This document shows positions 49,440 to 59,049 of a DNA stretch of 64,000 nucleotides, piece after piece. The translations under genes and the position numbers were made by a program. The stretch is from a plasmid. Within the stretch, counting starts at the first letter, position 1. Each line of letters starts with the position of its first letter. The stretch lies in the sequence record NZ_CP013725.1; one strand, given 5' to 3'. Under the pieces are notes generated by a model, which saw only the letters and a program-made list of their open reading frames with translations, was not told the origin of the DNA and made no database searches.

Positions 49440-51752
49440 ATGATAGTAGCAAGAAAATGGCCATTGGCTCTCTTTTTAGTGATTGTAACTATGTTTGTAT
49501 TTTTTCAACCCAAGCCGGTTGCAGCAGCTACTGCAGAAGCTTGGGGTCCCTATTCATGGACTGATCCTGGAGGAGCAACTCATACTACTGCATTAATAAA
49601 GATTAATGGCGTAATAACATATTGCATTAATCCGGATTTACCAGCCCCTTATGGGGGGCATAACTATAATGAAGGTGAATCTCAATATGGACCAGGTGAT
49701 AAGGCAATTCTCTACTATGGTTATGGAGGAGAAGGGAATCAACTAGGGAATTCAATAGAGGACTATATAAAAACTTATGTAGCCATTAATAATTGGAAAA
49801 CTGGTAAAAAGACTCAATCCACTTATTCTAATAAAGATCCAAAGGTTTGGAAATTAATTCAACATGCAATTAAAGAAGACGCGCCTAACTATGATTTGAA
49901 ATTTTCTAAAACTAGCTTAAATAGCAAGGTTAGCGATAATATTCAAAAGTCCGAAACAAACAAATTGGTAGGTAATGGTTCCACAGAAATAGTAGTTCCA
50001 TCAAAAGTTACTATATATGTAAATGGTGAGAAAAAAGGGTCTGGGAAAAAAGTGAAAATAGAATCTGGAGACGCTTTTTACTTTACTGCTAATCTAGAAT
50101 ATGATGAAGATTTTGATACTGGAAATCTAAATGGTAAAAGAAAAGAATTGGCTACCCTATTATATCTTCCCAATAATAGTAACTATCAACGATTATTAAG
50201 TCCAGAAATCAAGTTTGACCCTATTAAACAAGCAGGTTTTAAAGTTCACTTTGAAGCTAGACAAAGTAAGGTCATAGTGGAACATCGGGATAAGTACGAT
50301 GATGCTTTGTTGGAGAAATCTTCGTCCGATAAAACGATCGGAACAACGTATACCTATAAACCAAAGACCAAAATTACGAAGGGATCTAACAGCTACGTTC
50401 CTACATCCATGAAAGAAAAGACTGGGACTGTTGGAACCAAAGATAAAACGATTATTTTTTACTACAATTTACAACGTGAAATCAAAATAGAACACCGGGA
50501 CGCACGCGATGATCGGTTGATAAAGACTGAGAAATATACGAAGCTACGCGGCCAATCCTATTCTTACGGGCCAAAGAAAGACTTGAAAAAAGACAGTTAC
50601 ACGTATCGACCAACAAGTACTAGTAAAAAAACCGGGACGGTTGGAAAAAATAATGTGACGCTTACTTTCTATTATGATGTTCCGTTAGTAAAAGTAGCGC
50701 TAGAAAAACTACAAATCTATACGGCACTTTCTATCAAAGGGCTGCCAGTAAAAGTAAATCTAGCCAAAACACTTATCTATAAAAATGCAACAAAAGGCAT
50801 GACCACGGCCAACCTTACGATTGGTTTATATCAAGGGAAAACGAAACTTGATAGCGTCACGTATAGTGCGCAAAAACTACCGAAGAAAGCAACCTTTACG
50901 ATTAAAAAAGGACTAGCAGTGAATCAGCATTTACCGTATACGCTCAAGTTAGAAGGATTTAGTAAAAATGACTTTGACGTAGTAAGCACGGCAAAGCAAC
51001 TCACCACACAAGGATACACTAGCTCGGAAGAGGTCATAGAACCGAATGCAGCGAAGAAAAACCAAGTAGATGTGAAGCGCGTGATTATGACAGAGATCAC
51101 ACCGACTACTAAGATGAAAAGTTACTATGAACATTTTGTGCTTGAAAAAGCGAAGATACCAACAATGAAAACCGGATATGGCTTTGAAAATAACGTTTCG
51201 CTCACATACAGCAACGAGTTAGCGCAAACAAAGACTTTTAAGGCATTTACCTTTGCTACTCCAAAAAAACTGATAGACAGCTTTATAGAAGCTAAGACGA
51301 AGGAGAATATGGCGACATTAACGATGTCAGAAACAAATAATAAGACAACGACAGCTGGAGGCGTTACAACAACTTCTGTCGCTTATGAATTACCGCATAT
51401 TCAAGTCGAAAGACAGACGGGTCATTTGTTCTCGGACGATCAAGTAAAAGCAAAAGATAAACGAATTCAGTTTGCGATGCGTGACGGTGGCCACAAATTT
51501 TATTTACCGATCTGGATGGATCTTGGCAAGTATAACACGATCACAGCTACTGGAAAACTTGGGACACATGCCATTCAAGTGAATTGGAAAGATCAAATCA
51601 ATGTAGAAGCATTTATGTACCTTACAATGGACTCTACCACCAAAGATAAAGATGCGATTATGTTAAAGCCAGTCAATGGAGATAACCCATTTCCGGAGGG
51701 ATTACCAAAGGGCTGGAGCAAAGCGGAAGAAAACTGGATCAAAAGTCATTAA
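49440..51752 (+). CDS. Large secreted adhesin-like protein with two MucBP-like repeats
   Basis: Signal peptide. Repeated ~70-aa units (…EHRDxxDDxL…TYxYxPK…KTGTVG…FYY) at about 50220-50700. No LPXTG motif. Confidence 0.6.
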   Translation: MIVARKWPLALFLVIVTMFVFFQPKPVAAATAEAWGPYSWTDPGGATHTTALIKINGVITYCINPDLPAPYGGHNYNEGESQYGPGDKAILYYGYGGEGNQLGNSIEDYIKTYVAINNWKTGKKTQSTYSNKDPKVWKLIQHAIKEDAPNYDLKFSKTSLNSKVSDNIQKSETNKLVGNGSTEIVVPSKVTIYVNGEKKGSGKKVKIESGDAFYFTANLEYDEDFDTGNLNGKRKELATLLYLPNNSNYQRLLSPEIKFDPIKQAGFKVHFEARQSKVIVEHRDKYDDALLEKSSSDKTIGTTYTYKPKTKITKGSNSYVPTSMKEKTGTVGTKDKTIIFYYNLQREIKIEHRDARDDRLIKTEKYTKLRGQSYSYGPKKDLKKDSYTYRPTSTSKKTGTVGKNNVTLTFYYDVPLVKVALEKLQIYTALSIKGLPVKVNLAKTLIYKNATKGMTTANLTIGLYQGKTKLDSVTYSAQKLPKKATFTIKKGLAVNQHLPYTLKLEGFSKNDFDVVSTAKQLTTQGYTSSEEVIEPNAAKKNQVDVKRVIMTEITPTTKMKSYYEHFVLEKAKIPTMKTGYGFENNVSLTYSNELAQTKTFKAFTFATPKKLIDSFIEAKTKENMATLTMSETNNKTTTAGGVTTTSVAYELPHIQVERQTGHLFSDDQVKAKDKRIQFAMRDGGHKFYLPIWMDLGKYNTITATGKLGTHAIQVNWKDQINVEAFMYLTMDSTTKDKDAIMLKPVNGDNPFPEGLPKGWSKAEENWIKSH

Positions 51753-51809
51753 GCGTAACCAAAAAGGTTGCGCTTTTATTCATTTTAAAATAAAGGAGAC
51801 GATTGGAAA

Positions 51810-52001
51810 ATGGAAACATGGAGATCATTATTGGAGAATTTCTATTGGATCATTCAAATTATTGGAGTAGGAGTATTAATTGCTGCAGTTTACTACGCTT
51901 GGAAAGTGAAAGTTAAGAAATACCGCTCCTTTTATATTATTGAAGCAGTGATTTTATTTAGCTTAAATGGTTTCTTTGTCTATAGCCATTTCATAGGGTG
52001 A
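51810..52001 (+). CDS. Small two-TM membrane protein
   Basis: 63 aa. RBS AAGGAG. Confidence 0.4.
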   Translation: METWRSLLENFYWIIQIIGVGVLIAAVYYAWKVKVKKYRSFYIIEAVILFSLNGFFVYSHFIG

Positions 52002-52007
52002 CAGGCA

Positions 52008-52394
52008 ATGAATCAGGGACCAAAATGGATTTTAATCCTTGTTATTGGAGTAGCGTTAGTAAGCGCATTGACTTACTTTTTGATGGAGAAATACCGTTAT
52101 AATGCAACGGTTGCCAGCATGAATGAAGCTACTCAAGTAGCGGCCTACCAAAGTTTGGATAATAGTGCCAGAGTTGCTCCAGGGGAAGCAGAAATAACAG
52201 AAACTACATTTGAGAAAGTTTTTCAGGCAGAATTTGAAAAAAGACAAAACGCAAAACTATCTTCTACGAAATATGCGTTTGATTTTTTGAAAACAGCTTC
52301 TGGACAATTCAAAGCAGTGAACGTAAAGATAACAGATGAGCACAACTCAACGTTCCAAACTACTTATGCAGCAGATACTGTACTAACAAAATAA
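52008..52394 (+). CDS. Membrane-anchored protein (N-terminal TM), possible pilus-assembly accessory
   Basis: 128 aa. N-terminal TM WILILVIGVALVSALTYFL. Confidence 0.4.
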   Translation: MNQGPKWILILVIGVALVSALTYFLMEKYRYNATVASMNEATQVAAYQSLDNSARVAPGEAEITETTFEKVFQAEFEKRQNAKLSSTKYAFDFLKTASGQFKAVNVKITDEHNSTFQTTYAADTVLTK

Positions 52395-52406
52395 ACAAAG
52401 GAGTGA

Positions 52407-53669
52407 ATGTTGTTGTCAACGACTAGCAAGTTAGATCAAAAGGTGCTCCAAGAAGTAAGAACTCTCTTGAGATCAAATTACTCAGAAGTCTATAACGAAG
52501 CCTTCAGTGATGAAGCTGCTCGCATCGCTCTTGCAGAACTCATTCAAGCAGAATTCACGATGTTAGATTCCGACCAGATCGATTATGCCGTTCAAGAAAT
52601 AGTTGGATTAGGCTTTATTGAAGGAATTATGCAAGATCCAGATGTCACAGATATTGCTTTTAATGGACAAGATATCATCGTGGAGAGAAATAATGCGCCA
52701 AAAGAACGTTTTCTTATGCCAATGGAAAATGATAGTGCAGAAGACGATATTATCAAAAAAATAACGAAATTCGCTAATGCAGTAGGCAAAGACTTTACAA
52801 ACCGTAGCCCGATTTTAAATTCTTCTTTGCGAAAACTACGCATCAATGCAGTACATCGGGCAAATAGCCCTTATGGTGCAACAATGGCTTTGCGTTCTGC
52901 TAAACCCATACTCGCATTACATGAAAGTAATTTTGATGCTTTTGCCCCAACAGAGATTTTACCTCTATTAAAAGCTCTTGTGGCAATCAGAAGCAATATA
53001 GTTATTGCAGGAGAAACTGGAACAGGTAAAACAGAATTACAAAAATTGTTGATAAGCTTTATTCCGTTTGAAGAAAGAATCATTTTAATTGAATCTGTCT
53101 TAGAAAATTTTGCGAAAGAGTTATTTCCTGATAAAGACATCTTTTCTTGGCTAACGGATGAGGCAACTTCTACTGAAACGTTGATTAAAGCAGCGCTGCG
53201 TTCACATCCAATTTGGATTATTATTGCGGAAACTCTAGGACAAGAAGCTTATGAAATGATGCAAGCCGTTTTATCGGGACATCATATTATAACTACCTTA
53301 CACGCTGTAAATACGGCAGCAATTCCAGAAAGACTTCTTAACATGTCCAAGATGGGCTATAAAGTTGATGAAAAATCCTATTTAGATAACGTGTATAAAT
53401 ATTTTCAAATTGGGGCGCATATCAAAAAACGACGCATCAACGGAAAAATGGTTCGTTATTTAAGTGAATTAGTAGAATATCAAGAAAATCATACAGTAAA
53501 GGTTTTGTTTAGAGCAAAAGAAACGGTAGACGGATTTGTTTATACCTATGGGGAGATCAGCGAAGATTTGCAACAAAAGTTGATTGAATTCGGTGTGAAT
53601 TATGAAGGAAAATTCCTTCCAAAAAAGGGGGAGGTTCTGATTGGCCAAAAAGAAAAGACAAACCTTTAA
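52407..53669 (+). CDS. CpaF/TadA/VirB11-family secretion ATPase
   Basis: Walker A IVIAGETGTGKTE. Conserved Asp and His boxes of secretion ATPases. 420 aa. Confidence 0.75.
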   Translation: MLLSTTSKLDQKVLQEVRTLLRSNYSEVYNEAFSDEAARIALAELIQAEFTMLDSDQIDYAVQEIVGLGFIEGIMQDPDVTDIAFNGQDIIVERNNAPKERFLMPMENDSAEDDIIKKITKFANAVGKDFTNRSPILNSSLRKLRINAVHRANSPYGATMALRSAKPILALHESNFDAFAPTEILPLLKALVAIRSNIVIAGETGTGKTELQKLLISFIPFEERIILIESVLENFAKELFPDKDIFSWLTDEATSTETLIKAALRSHPIWIIIAETLGQEAYEMMQAVLSGHHIITTLHAVNTAAIPERLLNMSKMGYKVDEKSYLDNVYKYFQIGAHIKKRRINGKMVRYLSELVEYQENHTVKVLFRAKETVDGFVYTYGEISEDLQQKLIEFGVNYEGKFLPKKGEVLIGQKEKTNL

Positions 53670-54453
53670 CTTAGATGAACTCAATGCTTACAAGAAAGCT
53701 TTCGGAAATCCATTATTAAAGAAAGAAATATTCGTTAGTATTGCTGGTCCAGCCATTGTTAGTGGAGGATATGTTTTCATTTTGACCTACTATTGGTGGC
53801 TGGCTGCTATATTCGCTATTGTAGGAGGGATTTATGGATATCGTGTTTCTATGCCAATGAATATCAAACGGGTTTATGAACAACAAGCTTTGTATGAACG
53901 AAATCGATTTATTAATTACATGACCCAAATTTTATCAGATCCTAGCAAAACGGTAGTAACTGCTCTAGGAATTGTTGCTGATCGAGCCAAAGGAGAGTTT
54001 AGAGATAACTTAAAAAAACTACGAGGAACACTTATGGATGCTACACCAAATGATGTTACTAAAGCCTTTCATGATCTAAAAGAAAAGTATCCAAATGATA
54101 TTGTGTTTGATTTGTATTTAGAGCAACTTGTAACAGCGACGATCGAAGGTCGCGCTAGTATGGATACTTTAAAGAATATAAAATCGTGGCACAATAGCCT
54201 ATTAGACAAACAGAAAATGTTTATTGATAAGAAAAAAGGTTTTTCAAAGGACTTTCGTCTTACGGCATTGATTGGCGTTGGGATTGTAGCCGTATTAACA
54301 GTATCATTAGGGCTTCCTAAGTTTATTGATTACTTTGCTCACTTTTGGATTGGATGGGTTACGAGTCTTATCTATTTAGGGGCACATTTTCATTATTATC
54401 GAAGGTATCAAAAACAAATTGTGGACGATGACGTTATGGAGGTGACGGTTTAA
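53641..54453 (+). CDS. TadB-like (T2SS-F domain) inner-membrane platform protein
   Basis: 270 aa. N-terminal TM, cytoplasmic domain and C-terminal TM pair. Start overlaps the ATPase gene. RBS GGGGGAGG. Confidence 0.55.
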   Translation: MAKKKRQTFNLDELNAYKKAFGNPLLKKEIFVSIAGPAIVSGGYVFILTYYWWLAAIFAIVGGIYGYRVSMPMNIKRVYEQQALYERNRFINYMTQILSDPSKTVVTALGIVADRAKGEFRDNLKKLRGTLMDATPNDVTKAFHDLKEKYPNDIVFDLYLEQLVTATIEGRASMDTLKNIKSWHNSLLDKQKMFIDKKKGFSKDFRLTALIGVGIVAVLTVSLGLPKFIDYFAHFWIGWVTSLIYLGAHFHYYRRYQKQIVDDDVMEVTV

Positions 54454-55226
54454 TGGTTCAGCGTGTTGTATTGGAAGTTAAACAGCGGCCAATATGGTTA
54501 CAGAAATTTTATCACGCAATTGCAGAAATCAACCTATATACGATGGTACAAAAAATGGGATATGGAGAAGAAGAATTTTTCCTTTTTCAACGTAAGCGAA
54601 TCGTCAAATCGTCATTCATGATGTTAGCTGCAATTCCTTTGGCATTAACAATCTCAAAATGGCTTTTTTTATTAGCACCAGTTCTTTTTATTTATAATTG
54701 GTGGAGCGATTATCAAAAGGAAAAAAGAGAGTTCCATCACTTTATCTTTTTGAAAAATCTTGATTTTGCTAAATTCATGCGGCTTGTGGTTCCCTATCTG
54801 ATGCAGAATAATACCTCTTTATATGGCGTGTTTAATCGTATGATCAAACGGCTTGATGAAGGAGAAGTAAAACAGCTGCTTCGTCAGCTAATGATTGACA
54901 TGACAAATAACCCTGGCACAGATGAACCTTTTCGTACTTTTGCCGAAAGTGCTGGAGACAGTGAAGAAGCTATTACTTTTATGGTTACACTGTATGACTA
55001 CAGTGAGTATGCAAAAGATGATTCGGTTTTAAAAGATTTGAGTGAGCTAGCAAGTAACGAAATACTGCGTGGATCAGATGAAATCATTACAATTAAATCA
55101 AAACGATTTGCATTTTTCCCAACCAAGTTAAATATGCTCAGTACGCTTCTTCTTATGGGATATATGGGAAGCGTTGCATACGGTTTGATCACGATGATGC
55201 TTCACATGAATACTGGAGGGTTGTAA
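54453..55226 (+). CDS. TadC-like (T2SS-F domain) inner-membrane platform protein
   Basis: 257 aa with the same topology as the preceding gene. ATGG overlap with the upstream stop. Confidence 0.55.
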   Translation: MVQRVVLEVKQRPIWLQKFYHAIAEINLYTMVQKMGYGEEEFFLFQRKRIVKSSFMMLAAIPLALTISKWLFLLAPVLFIYNWWSDYQKEKREFHHFIFLKNLDFAKFMRLVVPYLMQNNTSLYGVFNRMIKRLDEGEVKQLLRQLMIDMTNNPGTDEPFRTFAESAGDSEEAITFMVTLYDYSEYAKDDSVLKDLSELASNEILRGSDEIITIKSKRFAFFPTKLNMLSTLLLMGYMGSVAYGLITMMLHMNTGGL

Positions 55227-55583
55227 ATGGAACACGGTATCAATCACGCAGTGACTATTATTATTTTTAGTTTTTTAATTTTTGTTACAGTGGGACTTAC
55301 TTCTTACGGTATCGAATTTGCGCATGCAATCGAATATAAAGCGCAAGTCAATAATCAAGTAGAGAGACAAGGTGGGCTAACGAAACAAGCTCAAAAGTCA
55401 CTAGCTGCTTATAGCAAAAGTCACTACAATAATAAGATTAGTGTCAATAGTAGTCAGACAACAAAGCAAGCCTATGGAACGACAGTGGAATATGAAATCC
55501 ATAGTGAAGTACAATTCTTGTTTTTCCAAATGCCTAAGCAAATGCTGACAGTAAAAGGATCTGCAGTGAGTCTAGTGAGGTGA
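55227..55583 (+). CDS. Pilin/pseudopilin-like protein with N-terminal hydrophobic helix
   Basis: 118 aa. N-terminal TM IIIFSFLIFVTVGLTSYGIEFAHAIEY. Confidence 0.4.
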   Translation: MEHGINHAVTIIIFSFLIFVTVGLTSYGIEFAHAIEYKAQVNNQVERQGGLTKQAQKSLAAYSKSHYNNKISVNSSQTTKQAYGTTVEYEIHSEVQFLFFQMPKQMLTVKGSAVSLVR

Positions 55584-55589
55584 AAAATC

Positions 55590-55733
55590 ATGTTTGAGAG
55601 CAATAGTTCTAGAATAATGGAAATGATTGGATGGATCATTGTTTGTAGTGTTGTGTTCGGGTCTATCGGCTTATTCCTTCAACATTTTCATCCGTTGGTT
55701 ATTCATTTTTTTCAATCTTTAATTACAAAATAA
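55590..55733 (+). CDS. Small hydrophobic peptide (47 aa)
   Basis: MFESNSSRIMEMIGWIIVCSVVFGSIGLFLQ... Not in the ORF track because it is under 60 aa. Confidence 0.25.
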   Translation: MFESNSSRIMEMIGWIIVCSVVFGSIGLFLQHFHPLVIHFFQSLITK

Positions 55734-55978
55734 ATATGCAAGCGACAACTTGATAAGTTATAAGATAGAAACCATCCAACCAAATTTGTCAGGTGGATGG
55801 AATGGGTATCTACAAAAAAAAGTTAAACCAGAATAGGCATTAGCCTATTCTTTTCTTCTTTTAGGAGGTGAGGTTGAGTACTGTCTGTTATATAGAAAGT
55901 ATTGGTAGTTGCGGTAGGCCAGTAGTTAGTTGAAAAAGAAACAAAAATAAAATTAATTAAAGAATAGGAGAATGAAAA

Positions 55979-56221
55979 ATGAGTTTTGAAGCAAATGCAG
56001 ATCGTAGTATGCACGGAGTAGGGGCGATTATTATTGGATCCATTATTATAGCTTTGTTGGCAGTAGCTTTGCCTGAGTTAATTAAACACGCGATGGATGT
56101 TATGAATAAATATTTAGATACAGGCTTAAAAAACGTCGCATTAGGAACTAGAGATGTGGCTGTTCATTCCATTAAAGCAGCTGGAGCTTTAGTACAAGCA
56201 AGCATTTCTAAAACAGTATAA
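55979..56221 (+). CDS. Flp/Fap-like small pilin candidate
   Basis: 80 aa. Short charged N-terminus, then G/AIIIGSIIIALLAVALPEL hydrophobic helix. RBS TAGGAGAATG. Confidence 0.45.
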   Translation: MSFEANADRSMHGVGAIIIGSIIIALLAVALPELIKHAMDVMNKYLDTGLKNVALGTRDVAVHSIKAAGALVQASISKTV

Positions 56222-56253
56222 AAACAAAGAATGGACAGTAGAGGGAGTGGAAT

Positions 56254-56478
56254 ATGTCAGAAGAGGAGGGTGTAATGCGAGTTAAGCTATCAAGAAAAGC
56301 ATACCGTAAAGCAGTAAAAGAAAAGAAAGTGCGTGTTCCTTATAATCGACAAGTACAAGATCGATGGAAAGATGCTAAATGGGTCGAATTGATCTGTAAG
56401 GAAGAAGGTACCATTACAAAATGGCTTGTGGGGCATTATGAAACAATGCCTCACTTTGTAATGCTCGAATTGAAGTAA
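56254..56478 (+). CDS. Hypothetical protein
   Basis: 74 aa. RBS GAGGGAGTGG. Confidence 0.4.
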   Translation: MSEEEGVMRVKLSRKAYRKAVKEKKVRVPYNRQVQDRWKDAKWVELICKEEGTITKWLVGHYETMPHFVMLELK

Positions 56479-56494
56479 GGAGGGGATAAAGGCA

Positions 56495-57133
56495 ATGAAT
56501 AAAAATGTATCTTCCGGAAATTCTTTAGAGAAAGCTCCAACGGACGACTTAAAATTGAAATTGGAAGCAACAGGGATCTCTTATGAAGACTGGTACAACG
56601 ATGCCGTACTTAGTACGCTAAACTTAATGGACGATTTGGAAGCAGAAGAAATGAGCGTTCCTCGTCGGTTATGGCGTGCCGTAGTGAAAGGAAGTATTGT
56701 TTTCGGTAAGACCGTAAAAAAAATAGTTCTTTGGCTGCAAGAGAAAAGAAGAGAAAGAAAAAAAGAGAAACAAAGTCAAATTATTCCAAGTGCAGAGGAA
56801 GTCAAAGAAGCAAAAACGGCTCCCAAAGTAGATGAAGATATTAAAAGTGTGATTAAAACAAGCATTCAACTTGCGACTCAAGAAGCAGAAGAAGAAAGAG
56901 CAGCACTTATGAGATACCGAGAAGAGGTAGAACATAACTATCAAAAAGAACGGAAACTAAACGATCGTAAAAATGCTTATTTACTTCGTCAAATTAAAGC
57001 CAATAATGCAGGCGGTGGAAGGTCATTGGGCCACAGCCGGTTATCCGGTACGATTATTTTCGTGTTGATAGTCCTAACATCTTATCTTTTAGCAAAGCAT
57101 CCGCCTGTTTTTATCACTAATTTGCTATCATAA
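56495..57133 (+). CDS. Coiled-coil protein with C-terminal TM anchor
   Basis: 212 aa. C-terminal IIFVLIVLTSYLLA. Confidence 0.45.
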   Translation: MNKNVSSGNSLEKAPTDDLKLKLEATGISYEDWYNDAVLSTLNLMDDLEAEEMSVPRRLWRAVVKGSIVFGKTVKKIVLWLQEKRRERKKEKQSQIIPSAEEVKEAKTAPKVDEDIKSVIKTSIQLATQEAEEERAALMRYREEVEHNYQKERKLNDRKNAYLLRQIKANNAGGGRSLGHSRLSGTIIFVLIVLTSYLLAKHPPVFITNLLS

Positions 57134-57144
57134 GGAGGAAAAAA

Positions 57145-57648
57145 ATGAGTACACCATTAAATTACAGAGTAAACCATCAAAATAAACGGCCCGATATTCC
57201 CAAAATCACAACAAACGGCGAATATGAAATAGAAATCATTAAATGTGATGTAATGATAACCAAGCAGAAAGATCCCATGCTTAGCTTTACCCATAAAGTT
57301 CGGGACGATGTAAAACAAGATGCAGCAGGTGCTATCATTCGGTATGATAACCTTACGTATAAAGAGGATACGGTCTATCGATTGGATGAACTATCGATCG
57401 CAGCTATGATTCCGCAAAATCGTGTATTTGAAACGATGGAGGAACTTGCAGAAGAATTGGTCGGGAAGTGTATTCGTGTAAATGTCTATATGCGAAAGAT
57501 GACGAATGGTACTTATCCGCGAGTTAAAGAATATATGCGGACCAACCACAGTCGAACGTTCAATGGGGGCGTAATTCCTAGCGTGTCTGATTTTATTACT
57601 GAAGCATCAGACTTAGAGGAATTGGATGACTTTGAAGAAAGCTATTAA
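57145..57648 (+). CDS. Hypothetical protein with acidic C-terminal tail
   Basis: 167 aa. Tail LEELDDFEESY. Terminator at 57696-57723. Confidence 0.45.
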   Translation: MSTPLNYRVNHQNKRPDIPKITTNGEYEIEIIKCDVMITKQKDPMLSFTHKVRDDVKQDAAGAIIRYDNLTYKEDTVYRLDELSIAAMIPQNRVFETMEELAEELVGKCIRVNVYMRKMTNGTYPRVKEYMRTNHSRTFNGGVIPSVSDFITEASDLEELDDFEESY

Positions 57649-57745
57649 TTATGTGTGATGATCTAATTGTTTTAACTGTCTATAAAAAGGCGAGGCACCC
57701 TCCGTAGAGGGTGTTTTTTTATTTAATAAAGAAAGGAGTAATGGT

Positions 57746-57931
57746 ATGGCAGTAAAGAAAAAAGATGTAGAGAATCTAATGAAGATTTTAGGCATTAATT
57801 ACAACGATTGGCTTCAAGATCATTATGACAGCTTTATGAATGACAATCTGAGTAGTGCCCTTGAAATTGCATTAGATGTCAAGAAAACAAACAAAAAAGA
57901 ACCAATCAATAAAGAGCTTATCCACGGATAA
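57746..57931 (+). CDS. Hypothetical protein
   Basis: 61 aa. RBS AAAGGAG. Confidence 0.35.
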   Translation: MAVKKKDVENLMKILGINYNDWLQDHYDSFMNDNLSSALEIALDVKKTNKKEPINKELIHG

Positions 57932-57954
57932 GCAATGATTTAGGAGGAATTTAT

Positions 57955-58242
57955 ATGTTAACAAGTATTTTTATTAAAGCACAACTTTTGCTACCTCAAG
58001 TCTTCTTATTTGGAGCAAATAAGTCCACGATTTTAAAAAAAATTGGGGGCTTAACAAAGGATGCTTCCGATTTTTTAATTCCAATTTGCACACTGATTTT
58101 AGTCGTTGCGGGCATTTGCTTTATGTTTGGTGATGGTGGACGTCGTATTGGTAAGGGAATGGGAATCGGAGCAGCAGGAGGACTAGTTCTGGGGTTAATT
58201 GCTGCAGCAATTGCTGGAATGCTTAAATCCACGTTAGCTTAA
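57955..58242 (+). CDS. Gly-rich two-TM small membrane protein, VirB2/TrbC-like or PrgF-like pilin-type
   Basis: 95 aa with GMGIGAAGGLVLGLIAAAIAG. RBS TAGGAGG. Terminator at 58244-58290. Confidence 0.4.
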   Translation: MLTSIFIKAQLLLPQVFLFGANKSTILKKIGGLTKDASDFLIPICTLILVVAGICFMFGDGGRRIGKGMGIGAAGGLVLGLIAAAIAGMLKSTLA

Positions 58243-58327
58243 TCAATAGAGGGATAACTGCTTTTCTGTTATCCCTCTTTCTTTTTTAATCGTTTCATTA
58301 ATAGTTATAAAAACTGGAGGTGTATTT

Positions 58328-59029
58328 TTGTTAATTAAGCGATTTACAAAGCCATTGCTATCGTATGGAGGCTTTTATATGTTGACGCTATTGCTGTATG
58401 TTGTCTTTGTGAAGGTGACCCTATTTTTTAACGGGAAATCGCTTGCCACAACGGAAGAATCTGTTCTCTTTTTTATGTATAAGAGTGCAACCCTAATCAG
58501 TGTCTGCTTCATTTTGTATCTTTTTTATGATCGCAAATGGAGAGAAACTTTTTCACGTCACCTTATTTCTATGGTGGAATGGAAATTTATTTTAAAAGGA
58601 CTTGGACTGATTGCTGCTATCAACATCGGTTTCTTTTTAGTCCTATTAGTTACCGGTCATTCCCCTAATCAACCTGAAAACCAACGTTCTCTTATTGATA
58701 TGTTCGCACATGGGTTTGTATGGCAACTTCTTACAGTGGTATTTATAGCCCCTGTCGCTGAAGAATTGTTTTATCGGGGACTGTTGATGAAATTTATTGG
58801 TCGTTTTTTTCAGATAGATAAAAAGCTGAAAAAATGGATCACGCTAGTCATTGTTAGTATGGTATTTGCTGCAAGTCACTCCAGTTACTTTCTTTCTGTT
58901 GACTTTATTCTCTATTTTTCACTTGGTTTAATTTTAGGTCTTAGTTATTGGAAAACACAACGTATTGAAGTACCTATTATCATTCACATATTGAATAACG
59001 CATTATCATTCTTAATCATGCTTATTTAA
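58328..59029 (+). CDS. CPBP-family (CAAX/Abi) intramembrane metalloprotease
   Basis: Motifs AEELFYRGLL, FAASHS and IIHILNNAL (EExxxR / FxxxH / HxxxN). Polytopic. Confidence 0.8.
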   Translation: MLIKRFTKPLLSYGGFYMLTLLLYVVFVKVTLFFNGKSLATTEESVLFFMYKSATLISVCFILYLFYDRKWRETFSRHLISMVEWKFILKGLGLIAAINIGFFLVLLVTGHSPNQPENQRSLIDMFAHGFVWQLLTVVFIAPVAEELFYRGLLMKFIGRFFQIDKKLKKWITLVIVSMVFAASHSSYFLSVDFILYFSLGLILGLSYWKTQRIEVPIIIHILNNALSFLIMLI

Positions 59030-59049
59030 AAGAAGGGAGGAGTGTATCT

